Shown here in pieces: positions 55,100 through 64,000 of a stretch of 64,000 nt of DNA. The translations under genes and the position numbers were made by a program. Numbering within the stretch: the stretch's first letter is position 1; every line of letters begins with the position of its first letter. Below the pieces are notes generated by a model. It was not told where the DNA came from. It did not search any database and worked only from the letters and a program-made list of their open reading frames with translations. This DNA is from Octopus bimaculoides (lineage: Eukaryota), in NCBI RefSeq assembly GCF_001194135.2, contig NC_068985.1, positions 25,295,254 through 25,359,253 on the forward strand, given 5' to 3'.

Positions 55100-58000
55100 G
55101 TGCACAACAGGTTTATTATTTAAATCAAATGCTAGTACTTAATATGTTTCCATTACAAATACACATAATGGAAAGGATCCCAGTTTTTCTTCAGTACTTT
55201 TATAGTATTTTCGATTGGGATGTGATTCCAAACATTTTTTGGCATATTTATTTGTTTCTTCAGTCATAATCTCAAATAAATAGATACGTTTAAAGAGGTA
55301 TATTAATTTTGGCTTATGTGAATCCAGACATCCAAACATTGGGCCTGGAAACATATTTTGCCGATATTTGTAGCATGGTATTGTTTATTCCTTTTTTTTC
55401 TTTTTCCTTTTTTTTCTTTTTCCTTTTTTTTCTTTTTCCTTTTTTTTCTTTTTCCTTTTTTTTCTTTTTCCTTTTTTTTCTTTTTACATAAATTTCTTAT
55501 AATTGCTACTGGCCCTAGAAATATTTTTGTGTGCAATAAAATCTAAACATTTTTCTCAATATTTTCTATACCATTTGAGGGAGAAAAATCCCTTCAGTAC
55601 CATGTTCAGAACTTTTTGTATTGTATAGAATTTGTTAATTTTGCAAAATGAGAGGAGTATCATTTGCACTTGCTAATATTATTGTCTGCTAAAATTACAC
55701 ATTAACAGTTATTAATCATGACGAATGAATACATCATTAAGTTTATAAGGAAGAGTACAGTCATGAGATAGTTAGTGATAGTAAATATATTTATGAAATA
55801 AATTCTCTTATCAGAACAAAACACTACTTTGTCATGAGATATCTTGTTATCAGGGTTTAGGCCATAATCATCATTGTGTGTCTGCTGGCACTGATTTGAT
55901 GGGTTGGTGGGTAGGTGATAGTGGATTTCAAAATGGTTTATTACTGTGGTTTATTTTTTATAAGAAATTTTTTTTCTATGTTTTTTATTCTATTAGGTCA
56001 TGAGTGTACTACTTCATGGAGATGCTGCCTTTGCTGGTCAAGGGGTTGTCTATGAAACGTTTCATCTCAGTGATCTGCCCTTGTATACAACCCATGGTAC
56101 TATTCACATAGTTGTTAACAATCAGGTAAATTATCACCATTCTGTTATTGAAATTCCGAAGAAAAAAAATAATGTTTATAGTGTTGTTTCCCTTTTGCAA
56201 ACACAAATTTTTCTTGAAACCTTTTGGCAAATAATTTATTGTCACTGAAATCTTTTTACTTCAAAGATACAAACCTAAATGCGGTATAGTTGTTAGGGAA
56301 CTCATCATCATCGTTTAACGTCCGCTTTCCATGCTAGCATGGGTTGGATGATTTGACTGAGGACTGGTGAAACCGGATGGCAACACCAGGCTCCAATCTA
56401 ATTTGGCAGAGTTTCTACAGCTGGATGCCCTTCCTAACGCCAACCACTCAGAGAGTGTAGTGGGTGCTTTTACGTGTCACCCACACGAAGGCAAGTCAGG
56501 CAGTACTGGCAACGGCCACGCTCGAAATGGTGTCTTTTATGTGCCACCCGCACAAGAGCCAGTCCAGGGGCACTGGCAACGATCTCGCTCGAAAATCCTA
56601 CGAAGGCCAGTCAGGCGGTACTGGCAACGACCACGCTCAAAATGGTGCATCTTATGTGCNNNNNNNNNNNNNNNNNNNNNNNNNNNNNNNNNNNNNNNNN
56701 NNNNNNNNNNNNNNNNNNNNNNNNNNNNNNNNNNNNNNNNNNNNNNNNNNNNNNNNNNNNNNNNNNNNNNNNNNNNNNNNNNNNNNNNNNNNNNNNNNNN
56801 NNNNNNNNNNNNNNNNNNNNNNNNNNNNNNNNNNNNNNNNNNNNNNNNNNNNNNNNNNNNNNNNNNNNNNNNNNNNNNNNNNGCCTTGGTGAGGCCCAAT
56901 GTTCGAAGGTCTTGCCTCACCACCTCAGCCCAGGTCTTCCTGGGCCTACCTCTTCCACGGGTTCCCTCAACTGTTAGGGTGTGGCACTTTTTCACTCAGC
57001 TATCCTCATCCATTCTCGCCACATGTCCATACCAGCGCAATCGTCTCTCTTGCACACCACAACTGATGCTTCTAATGTTCAGCTTTTCTCTCAAGATACT
57101 TACACTCTGATGGGTGTGCAATATTTGTGAAATAGCCCAGACAAGCAAATGACACCATTAGTGAAACTACTCTTCATAAACCTGCAACATTGTGTGTGTG
57201 AGAGAGAGAATAGCTCTTATCTCTTTGTAGCTGTTTCACTAATGCCAATCACCTAACACTCATTCTCGTTCACACAAAGTTTTGGTTTCATTTCTTTCAA
57301 GCAAAGGCAGAAAAAGTTATAATTTCAGTGTACTATCATTGATACCCCATAACATTTAGAGCAATTTACATTCAGAAGCATTTTTTTTTTCTTTATAATG
57401 TCCTCCTTCAATGCCGACATGGGTTGGACGGTTTGACAGGAGCTGGCCAGACAGGAGCCTGTGCATCATGCTTCTGTGTCTGTTTGGGCAGGGTTTTTAT
57501 GGCTGGATGCCCTCCCTAACACCAACCATCCTGTAGAGTGGGCTGAATGCTTTTTATGTGCCACTTTAAAGTGTGGACTTGATGCTTTTTAAGTGGCACC
57601 TGCACTGGCAGGGTCACCAAGTAACCAGAGGGAAGAGCAAGGGAAAGAGAGAGAAAGTAGGAGACAGCAAGAGCAGGAGAAGGATGGTAGTAAGCGCCAG
57701 GGCATAGATGGGATGGTAGAGTAAGGAAGCGAGAGATGAATGGTGGCAGGTGCTGGCAGAGTATTGCCAAGAGGTTGCAAGTAGAGAGCGGGGGTGGGGA
57801 ATGAATTAAAAAATGAAGATGTAAAATAGATTAAGCAAATTTACAGAATCAGAAGAATTTTTGAAATACAGTGTAACCTCAGTTACAAATGTGCTAAGAA
57901 GATTTCCTCTCTTCTTCATTATTTTCTTAAGAGAAGTTAAGATCAATTTAAAATAAACCTCTGAATTATTCATATGGTTGCAGAATAGAATGCTTTTGAC

Positions 58001-61000
58001 TTGTGTATGTTGTTTTTTTATCTGTTTCCTTTAGATTGGTTTTACAACTGATCCTCGTGTATCGCGGTCATCACCTTACCCTACTGATGTTGCTCGAGTA
58101 ATCAATGCTCCAATATTTCATGTGAATGCTGACCATCCCGAAGCTGTGATATATGTTTGCAAAGTAGCCTCTGAATGGCGACATCGATTCAACAAAGACG
58201 TTGTGATTGATCTGGTAAATTCCATGTCTTTTACTGCTTGTTTGGAGTATTTTTAACTTCTGTTGTTTTTTAATTTAATCATTGAAACACATGTAAAAAA
58301 AAAAAGATTTTTTTTTTTTTAGTCTGCAAAGAAGCTTATCAACTAAAACACCTTGTCAGTAATTTCGATGTTTCAGTCACATATTTCTAAATATTTGCAA
58401 AAGTATTATTAAAAATATGAAAATATATTGGCTTAGTTATATTTTAGTTTAGCAGAATAAGCATTAATTTGGAAAATGTGAGGAATATTTTAACATTCTT
58501 TTCCAATAATTTGATTTTGAAAATCTCTACCAAAATATTCAAATATCTTTAATTTTGATTGTTCTTCATTAGATTATGCATTTCCAATGTCTTTTTCTTA
58601 ACTGCTTTATACTGTTGAAGGTGTCGCAGAGAGAGTGAACTCCTGGATATCCTGCCAATTTCAGAATCTCTTAGGGTTGATATTTTGGAGTTGTTTCCTG
58701 CTATTATTCCTGGCTCATAAGGATGGCAAGCTAACAAATATTAACTAACTATACACGACTCCTACTCTTACGTTTGTAAGCTTTATCTACAACATTACCT
58801 ATTTGCAGCTAAATGAACTGAACCAGCAAGTGTTTAGTGTTGTGCCTATCAGACTGTACAGCTTGGTGATGGGATTTGAAATGTCGTCAAACACTCTGCA
58901 ACTAGTCACTGTCATTGTCAACAAATCTGCTCCTCTACAAGATGTTTCTTTTAACTGGAAACTTGTGAAAGTTTTTGCAATTTGCATATGTACATGTATA
59001 TATTCACCCGACCCTTCACCCCTTCACATGTACTCGTACTTTTTTTTTTTTTTTTTTTTGCGTAGTTTTGTATTTATTAACAATATCAGGCTCCGTAATA
59101 TTTAGATAGCTGGAAAAGTATTTTTTCAAACTTTATTTTGGTAATTTAAAAAAAATTCACTGGAATAGTTGTTTTTTTTTTTATTTTTTAAATACAGTAA
59201 CATTTTTAATTGCACATTTTATAGAAATTGGAACAATGCAATGTATCTTTTAATACTAACAATAGGAAGGTGGTTGAAGTGCTTACTCTTGAATTCTTTA
59301 CCATCCTTCGTGTTTATTGATGTACATTTGTCAGCCATCATAACTTTGTGGAATTGATCTTCAATGATAAATTGCAGATATGCAAATTTAAGCTTGTATC
59401 AATATTTTTAAAGTGAAGATAGTGTAGGATAAGGTGTGCTGTGAATTTAGTTGGACAAATTTTCATTTATACATTGTCTAGGTTTGCATAATGATAGAGT
59501 GTATGGTAATCTCTAGATTTAGCTTAATACTATCAGCCACTAATTTACTTTTAATTTTAAATTTTTAACCGTACTTGCTTATTAGTAGTATACCATTGAT
59601 ATGCAATTTATATTTTAAACACTAATATTGCCAGTTTTACATTTAATTGTTGGAGTAAGTTGTTTCCTTGTGTATATGTTTCTGTCTTTTCTGTGTATTT
59701 TAATGTACAAGACAGCTATCTCTGATGTAATCTTGGATAATATATGGATCTTTTACAGGTGTGCTACAGGCGAAGTGGACACAATGAAATTGATGAACCC
59801 ATGTTCACTCAACCTCTTATGTACAAAAAAATTGCCAAACAGCCAACTGTATTAGCCTCATATGCTGAGAAATTAATTCATTCTGGCATTGTGTCTCAAC
59901 AGGAATATGAGGTGTGTATTAATGTTACCTTCATAAATAAGTTTTTGTTTTTTCTACACTTGTAACAGCTTCTATCCATGATAGCATAGAAAATAAACAT
60001 AAAACAATAATGATGATAGATATTTACTACATAATAATAAATATGTTACCTTTCATCTCTCAATTGTGTTTAGCCTCATTATCTATCAATTTCATCATTA
60101 TTACTTTAATGTCTATGAAAGCTAAGGATTACACACACACAGGTCCAACATTGAGCAGATATTATGTGTAAATTGTAAACTTCAGTTTTATATAAAGCTG
60201 ATCTACTATCTTCTTTATTTGCTTAATTACAGGATGAAGTAGCTAAATATGATAAGATCTGTGAAGAAGCCCACTTAGCCTCCAAGAAAGAAACAGCTGT
60301 ACGCAACCGGGATTGGTTGGATTCTCCTTGGAGTGGATTCTTTGAAGGTAAAGATCCAATGAAATCACCTCTGACTGGCATTGATGAAGAGACATTGCAA
60401 CATATTGGAATGAGTTTTAGCCTTCCACCTGAAGATTTTGAGTTACATAGAGGTAAGCTTTATTTTCAATGCATTTCTATTTTAACTGCCTTAAGTTTCA
60501 GTTGGCAGTTTGTAAGGATCTAGCCTTCTGATTAAAGGTCAGTGGTACCTCATCCCAGGTCTTCCTGGGTCTACCTCTCCAACAGGTTCCCTTCACTGTT
60601 AGGGTGTGACACTTTTTCATGCAGCTGTCCTCATCCATACACAACACATGACCATACCAATGCAGTCGTCTCTCTTGCACACCACATCTGATGCTTCTTA
60701 TGTCCAACTTTTCTCTCAATGCGCTTACACTCTGTCGTGTATGCACACTGACATTACTCATCCTGAAGAATGTAATTTTTTTTCCTGTATTGATCTCTAT
60801 TTTTTTCAAAGTCCTCAGTTATTTAACACAACCTTAACCCTTTAGTATTTAAGCCGGCCATATCTGGCCCAGACATTCTGCATGTTTCATGTTCAAACTG
60901 CCCAGATCTGGCCTCTCACATTTACCCTACAATGATATTCTAAATATAAACAATCACATCATTAAAATCTCAAAGCAATGAGATAATGTATGATTAAAAT

Positions 61001-63145
61001 AATATGAATATATAAGAGTTACATTTGACAATGTGAATGCTAAAGGGTTAATTGTAGTAATTGTCATCTGTTAGGCTAAGAAGATTGAATTTTCCATATT
61101 TTAATTTTTTATTTTTATAAAATATGGACAACAGTAGAGGACATTAGCTAATAAGAGAGATAACAGAAAGGAATAGAGGATGTGTGAGATAAAAACTAAG
61201 GGATAAATCTTTGCAATGGACATAACATGAAAGAGAACTCTATTATACTTTAGCCACTCCTCACTCAAATACCTTTCCCCCTACTCAGTCACTTCTTTTC
61301 GTGTCTTGCATGTTACTTAGCAACCTTGCTAGTAGCAGTGGTCTGGAAAAGAACCAAGTAATGTGGTTGGCAGGAAAGTCATCCAGTTGTTGAAACCATG
61401 CTGAAGCTGACATTGGAGTTCAATGCAGCCCTGCAGCTCACCTAGTCCTGTCAAACTATCTAACCTATGTCAGCGTAGAAAATGGATGTTAAAAGATGAT
61501 GATGAAGACCACATTGAGTATTTGCAACACAGGAGAGAAAGAGTTCAAGAAAACAGTAATTTCTATGTTTTAGTTGTCAACAACTGTGGAATTTCATTGG
61601 TGTCCAGCTAGTCATCATTATGACATTGTATACTTGGCAATTACACTCTCTGTTCATCTGACTGCAAACAGGTGAAACAGATAGTATTGCTATCAACAGT
61701 GTAGTCACAATAATTGACAAGCATTTGAAAAACCTCTACATGATCATTAGTCTTGCTAGAAAAAAGAAACAGATCTCACTCAAACATCTTTAAGATGGAA
61801 GGGCACAAGATAATGTAGTCCTAGATATGCTATCCCGGAAAATAAAATAAACCATTGAGATCAGTCAATTTGGGACTAAATAATAATACCAACATCACCT
61901 GCTCTGAAATCATTATTGACATACTCTTTTACTCTTTTACTCTTTTACTTGTTTCAGTCTTTTAACTGCAGCCATGCTGGAGCACAATGAACTATATTTT
62001 TTAAATCTTTAATATTATATCTTAGCATTACGGAAAGGCAGCTTATCAATGATATTGATTAACTTGGTTTCAGTCTGCTACAATTGTTCTATAATGTTAC
62101 TAAATTCACCCTCCTTCCTCCTTTATACATTCCCAAAATTGACACCATTTGGATTAATATAAATAGATTAAAAAAAAAGATTTGAGAACTTTTAATTCAC
62201 TCCGTAATTCTAAACTAATGCAAGCTTGCAAGAGATTTTTTTTTTTTTTTTGTTTCATCTAAAATTTAAAAGGTTAAAGAAAATGCTTTATATTTTGTAT
62301 CAGGTGTGAAACGTATTTTGAAGTCACATGAAGATATGGTCAAAAGCCGTGTTGCAGATTGGGCTCTCGGTGAGGCCTTGGCATTTGGTTCACTTTTAAA
62401 AGAAGGGGTTCATGTACGTTTAAGTGGACAAGATGTAGAACGTGGAACTTTTAGGTGAGTTCATCTTTTCTTGTGGTGTAACTTTTAATATATATATATA
62501 TATATTTTTCATGTTTTCTTTTTACTTTTATTATTAAAGTTCTTTGGTGGTGGGGTGGGCTGTTGAACTAAGATCACAAGTTTAAACCAAGTTAATGCTT
62601 TTTCTCTGAAATTAGGTGTTAACCTTGCTTTAAGTAGTTTGTATATTATGAAAACAGAATTCTTACATAGGAACTCAATCAAAATTATTAAATAAATTTA
62701 CTTATTTGAATTTGTAAAATTGTTTTCTTTGTAAGTTGTGCTTTTAAAAATTAACTTGAATTCGATTTAACATATTGCAGTTTGACTGCACTTGATTAGG
62801 ATTAAATTTTTGTTTTAGCAAAATGGCTTAATAAAGTTCCTGTCTGGTTTTACTTAATTTTATTTTCCATGTATATAGTATTTTATTCTATTATATATAG
62901 CACAATGCTTTACTAATAGTGCTGATTTACAATTTATATGAGTTTTAATACTACACAAAGTATTGTATATAATATTTTTAGAGACTTAACATTATGTATG
63001 TTTTAATTTCATTTCAGTCATCGCCACCATGTTTTACATCATCAAAATATAGACAAGAAAACATTCATTAGTCTAAATCACTTGTACCATGACCAAGCCC
63101 AGTACACTGTGTGCAACAGTTCTCTCTCTGAATTTGGAGTTCTTG
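13335..63145 (+). CDS. OGDH: 2-oxoglutarate dehydrogenase E1, mitochondrial; spliced CDS, 3'-partial: join(13335-13568,27983-28162,[38338-38440 or 41673-41772],51439-51539,51734-51888,52735-52881,54176-54446,55997-56125,58035-58214,59759-59911,60233-60452,62304-62454,63018-63145...)
   Basis: Manual splicing gives one open frame (2152 nt via exon 4a) with hallmark OGDH motifs: [57 protein letters not shown] (ThDP motif), [35 protein letters not shown]. All introns are GT-AG with matching phases. Confidence 0.98.
16430..18420 (+). mobile_element. Decayed RTE-type LINE ORF2 (RT region), interrupted by an opposite-strand tail insertion at about 16723-16990
   Basis: Frameshifted motifs [25 protein letters not shown] and FSVQVG..QGSVLS (ORF 17366-17758). 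Confidence 0.8.
18640..18925 (+). mobile_element. RTE LINE reverse-transcriptase fragment
   Basis: LQEKY...[15 protein letters not shown]...[13 protein letters not shown]. Confidence 0.85.
19909..19995. repeat. (TA)n microsatellite; another at about 20504-20553
   Basis: Seen directly. Confidence 0.95.
19995..20390 (+). mobile_element. RTE LINE reverse-transcriptase fragment with catalytic YADD
   Basis: GVHQGSVLS...[12 protein letters not shown] (YADD at 20141-20152)...[11 protein letters not shown]. Confidence 0.88.
21157..21249. repeat. Minisatellite, 4 copies of a 22-24 bp unit (aatagtgaaataattgttaaaaa)
   Basis: Seen directly; copies differ mainly in A-run length. Confidence 0.9.
22540..23550 (+). 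mobile_element. Decayed RTE LINE endonuclease (APE) region
   Basis: ISAYAPQ (22726-22746) and GDFKRHVG (22823-22846) resemble APE motifs AYAPQ and GDFNGHVG; many stops. Confidence 0.7.
23235..23463. mobile_element. piggyBac-type MITE (TTAA ends) nested in the LINE remnant
   Basis: TTAActtcttagcattc...gaatgctaaagggTTAA; same family as 60834-61051. Confidence 0.75.
24850..25570 (-). mobile_element. Decayed DDE-type DNA transposase remnant (unclassified invertebrate family)
   Basis: Minus strand reads [27 protein letters not shown]...GTKYFH (FATSHG at 25250-25267), resembling the W.FFATSHGK...DG.GG.VK motif of such transposases. Interrupted by stops. Confidence 0.55.
27983..28162 (+). CDS. OGDH: OGDH coding exon 2 (60 codons), SWDVYFRN...[12 protein letters not shown]
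   Basis: Acceptor tctag| at 27982, donor CAG|GTGAGA, phase 0-0; matches the OGDH N-terminal domain. Confidence 0.96.
32197..32497 (-). mobile_element. Full-length tRNA-derived SINE with a 12-bp target-site duplication
   Basis: A box TGGCTCAGTGG (32478-32488) and B box GTTTCGATTCC (32434-32444) on the minus strand; (AAAT)n tail; ATTTTAAATATA at 32185-32196 and 32498-32509. Confidence 0.9.
33175..34300 (-). mobile_element. 5'-truncated RTE LINE: ORF2 C-terminus, repeated 3' UTR and (GAT)n tail
   Basis: ORF 33729-33965: [10 protein letters not shown]...[13 protein letters not shown]...[11 protein letters not shown]; tandem UTR subunits at 33320-33620. Confidence 0.88.
37472..38100 (-). mobile_element. 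Internally deleted mariner (Tc1/mariner) transposon
   Basis: 24-bp TIRs including the TA TSD at 37472-37495 and 38077-38100 (22/24 match). From the ATG at 37914 the minus strand reads [35 protein letters not shown]...[10 protein letters not shown]...KVSKLDQ*VPHKL (HTH region and WVPHxL motif). The DDD domain is absent. Confidence 0.9.
38338..38440 (+). CDS. OGDH: OGDH alternative exon 4a (103 nt), [34 protein letters not shown]
   Basis: Acceptor ttttcaaacag|, donor G|GTATGT, phase 0-1; carries the IRGH..LDPLG motif. Confidence 0.95.
38935..39225 (-). mobile_element. Degenerate tRNA-derived SINE (CORE-like centre)
   Basis: Minus strand reads gtgtccttcagcaagacacattatttcacattgctccagtccacccacctggcaaaaat. 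Confidence 0.6.
41673..41772 (+). CDS. OGDH: OGDH alternative exon 4b (100 nt), [33 protein letters not shown]
   Basis: Acceptor ctctcacactag|, donor G|GTAAGG, phase 0-1; paralogous IRGH..DPLG motif with no stop codon. Confidence 0.92.
45414..45476. repeat. (ATCT)n(AT)n microsatellite
   Basis: Seen directly. Confidence 0.95.
46700..48600 (-). mobile_element. Highly decayed RTE LINE ORF2 remnant
   Basis: ORF 47378-47578 ([23 protein letters not shown]) matches the RT fragments at 18640 and 19995. Confidence 0.6.
50329..50361 (+). CDS. Candidate 33-nt optional microexon encoding (E)[10 protein letters not shown]
   Basis: Pyrimidine-rich acceptor tttgttttgtgtcttcgattgtttctag|, strong donor CAG|GTAAGG, length 33, phase 1-1, no stop in the OGDH frame. 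No transcript evidence is available. Confidence 0.6.
51439..51539 (+). CDS. OGDH: OGDH exon (101 nt), [34 protein letters not shown]
   Basis: tctgttag| acceptor, GAG|GTATGT donor, phase 1-0. Confidence 0.96.
51734..51888 (+). CDS. OGDH: OGDH exon (155 nt), [15 protein letters not shown]...LARLIRSTR
   Basis: ttcctcag| acceptor, CG|GTGAGT donor, phase 0-2. Confidence 0.96.
52735..52881 (+). CDS. OGDH: OGDH exon (147 nt), [21 protein letters not shown]...GMPHR
   Basis: cttttag| acceptor, AG|GTTAGT donor, phase 2-2. Confidence 0.97.
54176..54446 (+). CDS. OGDH: OGDH exon (271 nt), GRLNVLANV...[10 protein letters not shown]...NPSHLE...GDKDGKR
   Basis: cttttcag| acceptor, AGA|GTATGA donor, phase 2-0. 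Confidence 0.97.
54667..54950. other. Assembly gap (N run); others at 11206-11215, 47298-47307 and 56660-56882
   Basis: Runs of N. All flanking OGDH exons join in frame, so no constitutive exon needs to lie in a gap. Confidence 0.99.
55390..55485. repeat. Perfect 6 x 16-bp polypyrimidine tandem repeat (CC T8 C T5)
   Basis: Units start at 55390, 55406, 55422, 55438, 55454 and 55470. Confidence 0.95.
55997..56125 (+). CDS. OGDH: OGDH exon (129 nt), ThDP-binding motif [10 protein letters not shown]...VNNQ
   Basis: tattag| acceptor, CAG|GTAAAT donor, phase 0-0. Confidence 0.97.
56305..57110 (-). mobile_element. 5'-truncated RTE LINE spanning an assembly gap
   Basis: (GAT)n tail at about 56305; ORF2 C-terminus [25 protein letters not shown] at 56884-56995. 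Confidence 0.85.
58035..58214 (+). CDS. OGDH: OGDH exon (180 nt), IGFTTDPR...KDVVIDL
   Basis: cctttag| acceptor, CTG|GTAAAT donor, phase 0-0. It is absent from the ORF track and was found by manual translation. Confidence 0.97.
59759..59911 (+). CDS. OGDH: OGDH exon (153 nt), [19 protein letters not shown]...QQEYE
   Basis: ttttacag| acceptor, GAG|GTGTGT donor, phase 0-0. Confidence 0.96.
60233..60452 (+). CDS. OGDH: OGDH exon (220 nt), [13 protein letters not shown]...[10 protein letters not shown]...FELHR
   Basis: aattacag| acceptor, AG|GTAAGC donor, phase 0-1. Confidence 0.96.
60535..60765 (-). mobile_element. RTE LINE ORF2 C-terminal fragment
   Basis: [27 protein letters not shown]...[10 protein letters not shown] (ORF 60498-60809). 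Confidence 0.85.
60834..61051. mobile_element. piggyBac-type MITE (TTAA TSD, CCC...GGG termini)
   Basis: TTAAccctttagtattt...aatgctaaagggTTAA; the interior is similar to 23235-23463. Confidence 0.8.
62304..62454 (+). CDS. OGDH: OGDH exon (151 nt), [24 protein letters not shown]...[10 protein letters not shown]
   Basis: tgtatcag| acceptor, AG|GTGAGT donor, phase 1-2. Confidence 0.97.
63018..63145 (+). CDS. OGDH: OGDH exon (128 nt), SHRHHVLH...[10 protein letters not shown]; last exon in the window
   Basis: atttcag| acceptor, TG|GTGAGT donor, phase 2-1. Confidence 0.96.
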
Positions 63146-64000
63146 GTGAGTTGGTCATGTGTATTTTTTTATCTGTAAAATATCCTATTGCTATTAACCA
63201 TTGGGAAAAGTGTATACTTTTGGCTGTTTGGCAGAAGAAGAAATTGCTCTCTAATGAAAGTATTTTACTATTGAATGAATTTTCATTATGATTAATGTTT
63301 TTTTTTTTTTTTTTTTTTTAATTACAAGCATGTTTATGCATGTCGATTTTGCTACTGTGTAGTTGCAGGTTGGATCTGACTAGCATTTTCAGCATTTTCT
63401 GCTATAGTTTCAGCTCATCTAAAACTTCAGCGAAAGGTTGTAGGCAAAAACATTGGAAATATATCTGCAGTCAAGCAAAATCATTATGTTGATACCTAAT
63501 CTATTTCCCTTAATGTTTATGTTTACTTCATACTCCTTCCTTTATAGATTCTATAAAATAAATACCTCACAAAACTTCTCAGAGGCAGTGCTAGAATATG
63601 ACAACAGGCCAATAACTGAACCCAATAAAAGAATATATGTGCATTTTGCTCTCTCTCTCTCTCTCTCTCTCTTTGATTTGGGTTGAATTAAAAATAATTT
63701 TACTTCTAAGGTAGTTTTTTTTTTGCTGCTGTGATCCCTTATTCCTCAACCTATATACTATAGAAAAATCATTTAAAATGCAGAATAGAAAGATAAAGAC
63801 CAATAAAAGAAATTTAAATGTTCTAAGCTACTTTTATTTATCAATAAACCCACTGCGAGTAAAGAAATGGACAGTTTTATTTACTGTTTGCTTTATGTTC
63901 CTTAATTTTTACAAAAGAACAGTTTATAATATAGATTTGAAATGGAGTAAGTTTTTGCATGTTTTTATATTTTTCCTTTTATATTTTATTCTAATATAAT

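Noticed and set aside
56367-57110. 142-247 aa ORFs
   Set aside because: They stay open only because they cross an N gap, and consist of LINE UTR and ORF2 sequence.

Overview
This is AT-rich eukaryotic genomic DNA. The SINE/LINE families look like those of Octopus or another coleoid cephalopod, which I infer from repeat recognition only. Most of the window (about 12.6-63.1 kb, + strand) is the 5' ~70% of a multi-exon gene for mitochondrial 2-oxoglutarate dehydrogenase E1 (OGDH). I traced 14 coding exons with GT-AG boundaries and consistent phases. They give about 717 codons via exon 4a, and the gene continues past the window end. Main observations: (1) a pair of mutually exclusive homologous exons (38338-38440 and 41673-41772), one carrying a SADLD variant of the mammalian Ca2+-site motif DADLD and the other lacking it; (2) a frame-preserving 33-nt candidate microexon (50329-50361) just downstream, where mammals have an optional insert exon; (3) a genomic His codon (CAT, A62328) at an otherwise conserved Arg, one A-to-I edit from CGT, with a possible complementary strand just past the donor; (4) a candidate alternative N-terminal or poison exon in intron 2. 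The rest is decayed RTE-type LINEs, tRNA-derived SINEs, a deleted mariner, TTAA MITEs, a Helentron-like element, microsatellites and four assembly gaps. I found no rRNA, true tRNA gene or CRISPR array. Repeat boundaries are approximate, and comparisons to other species come from recalled sequences, not from a search.
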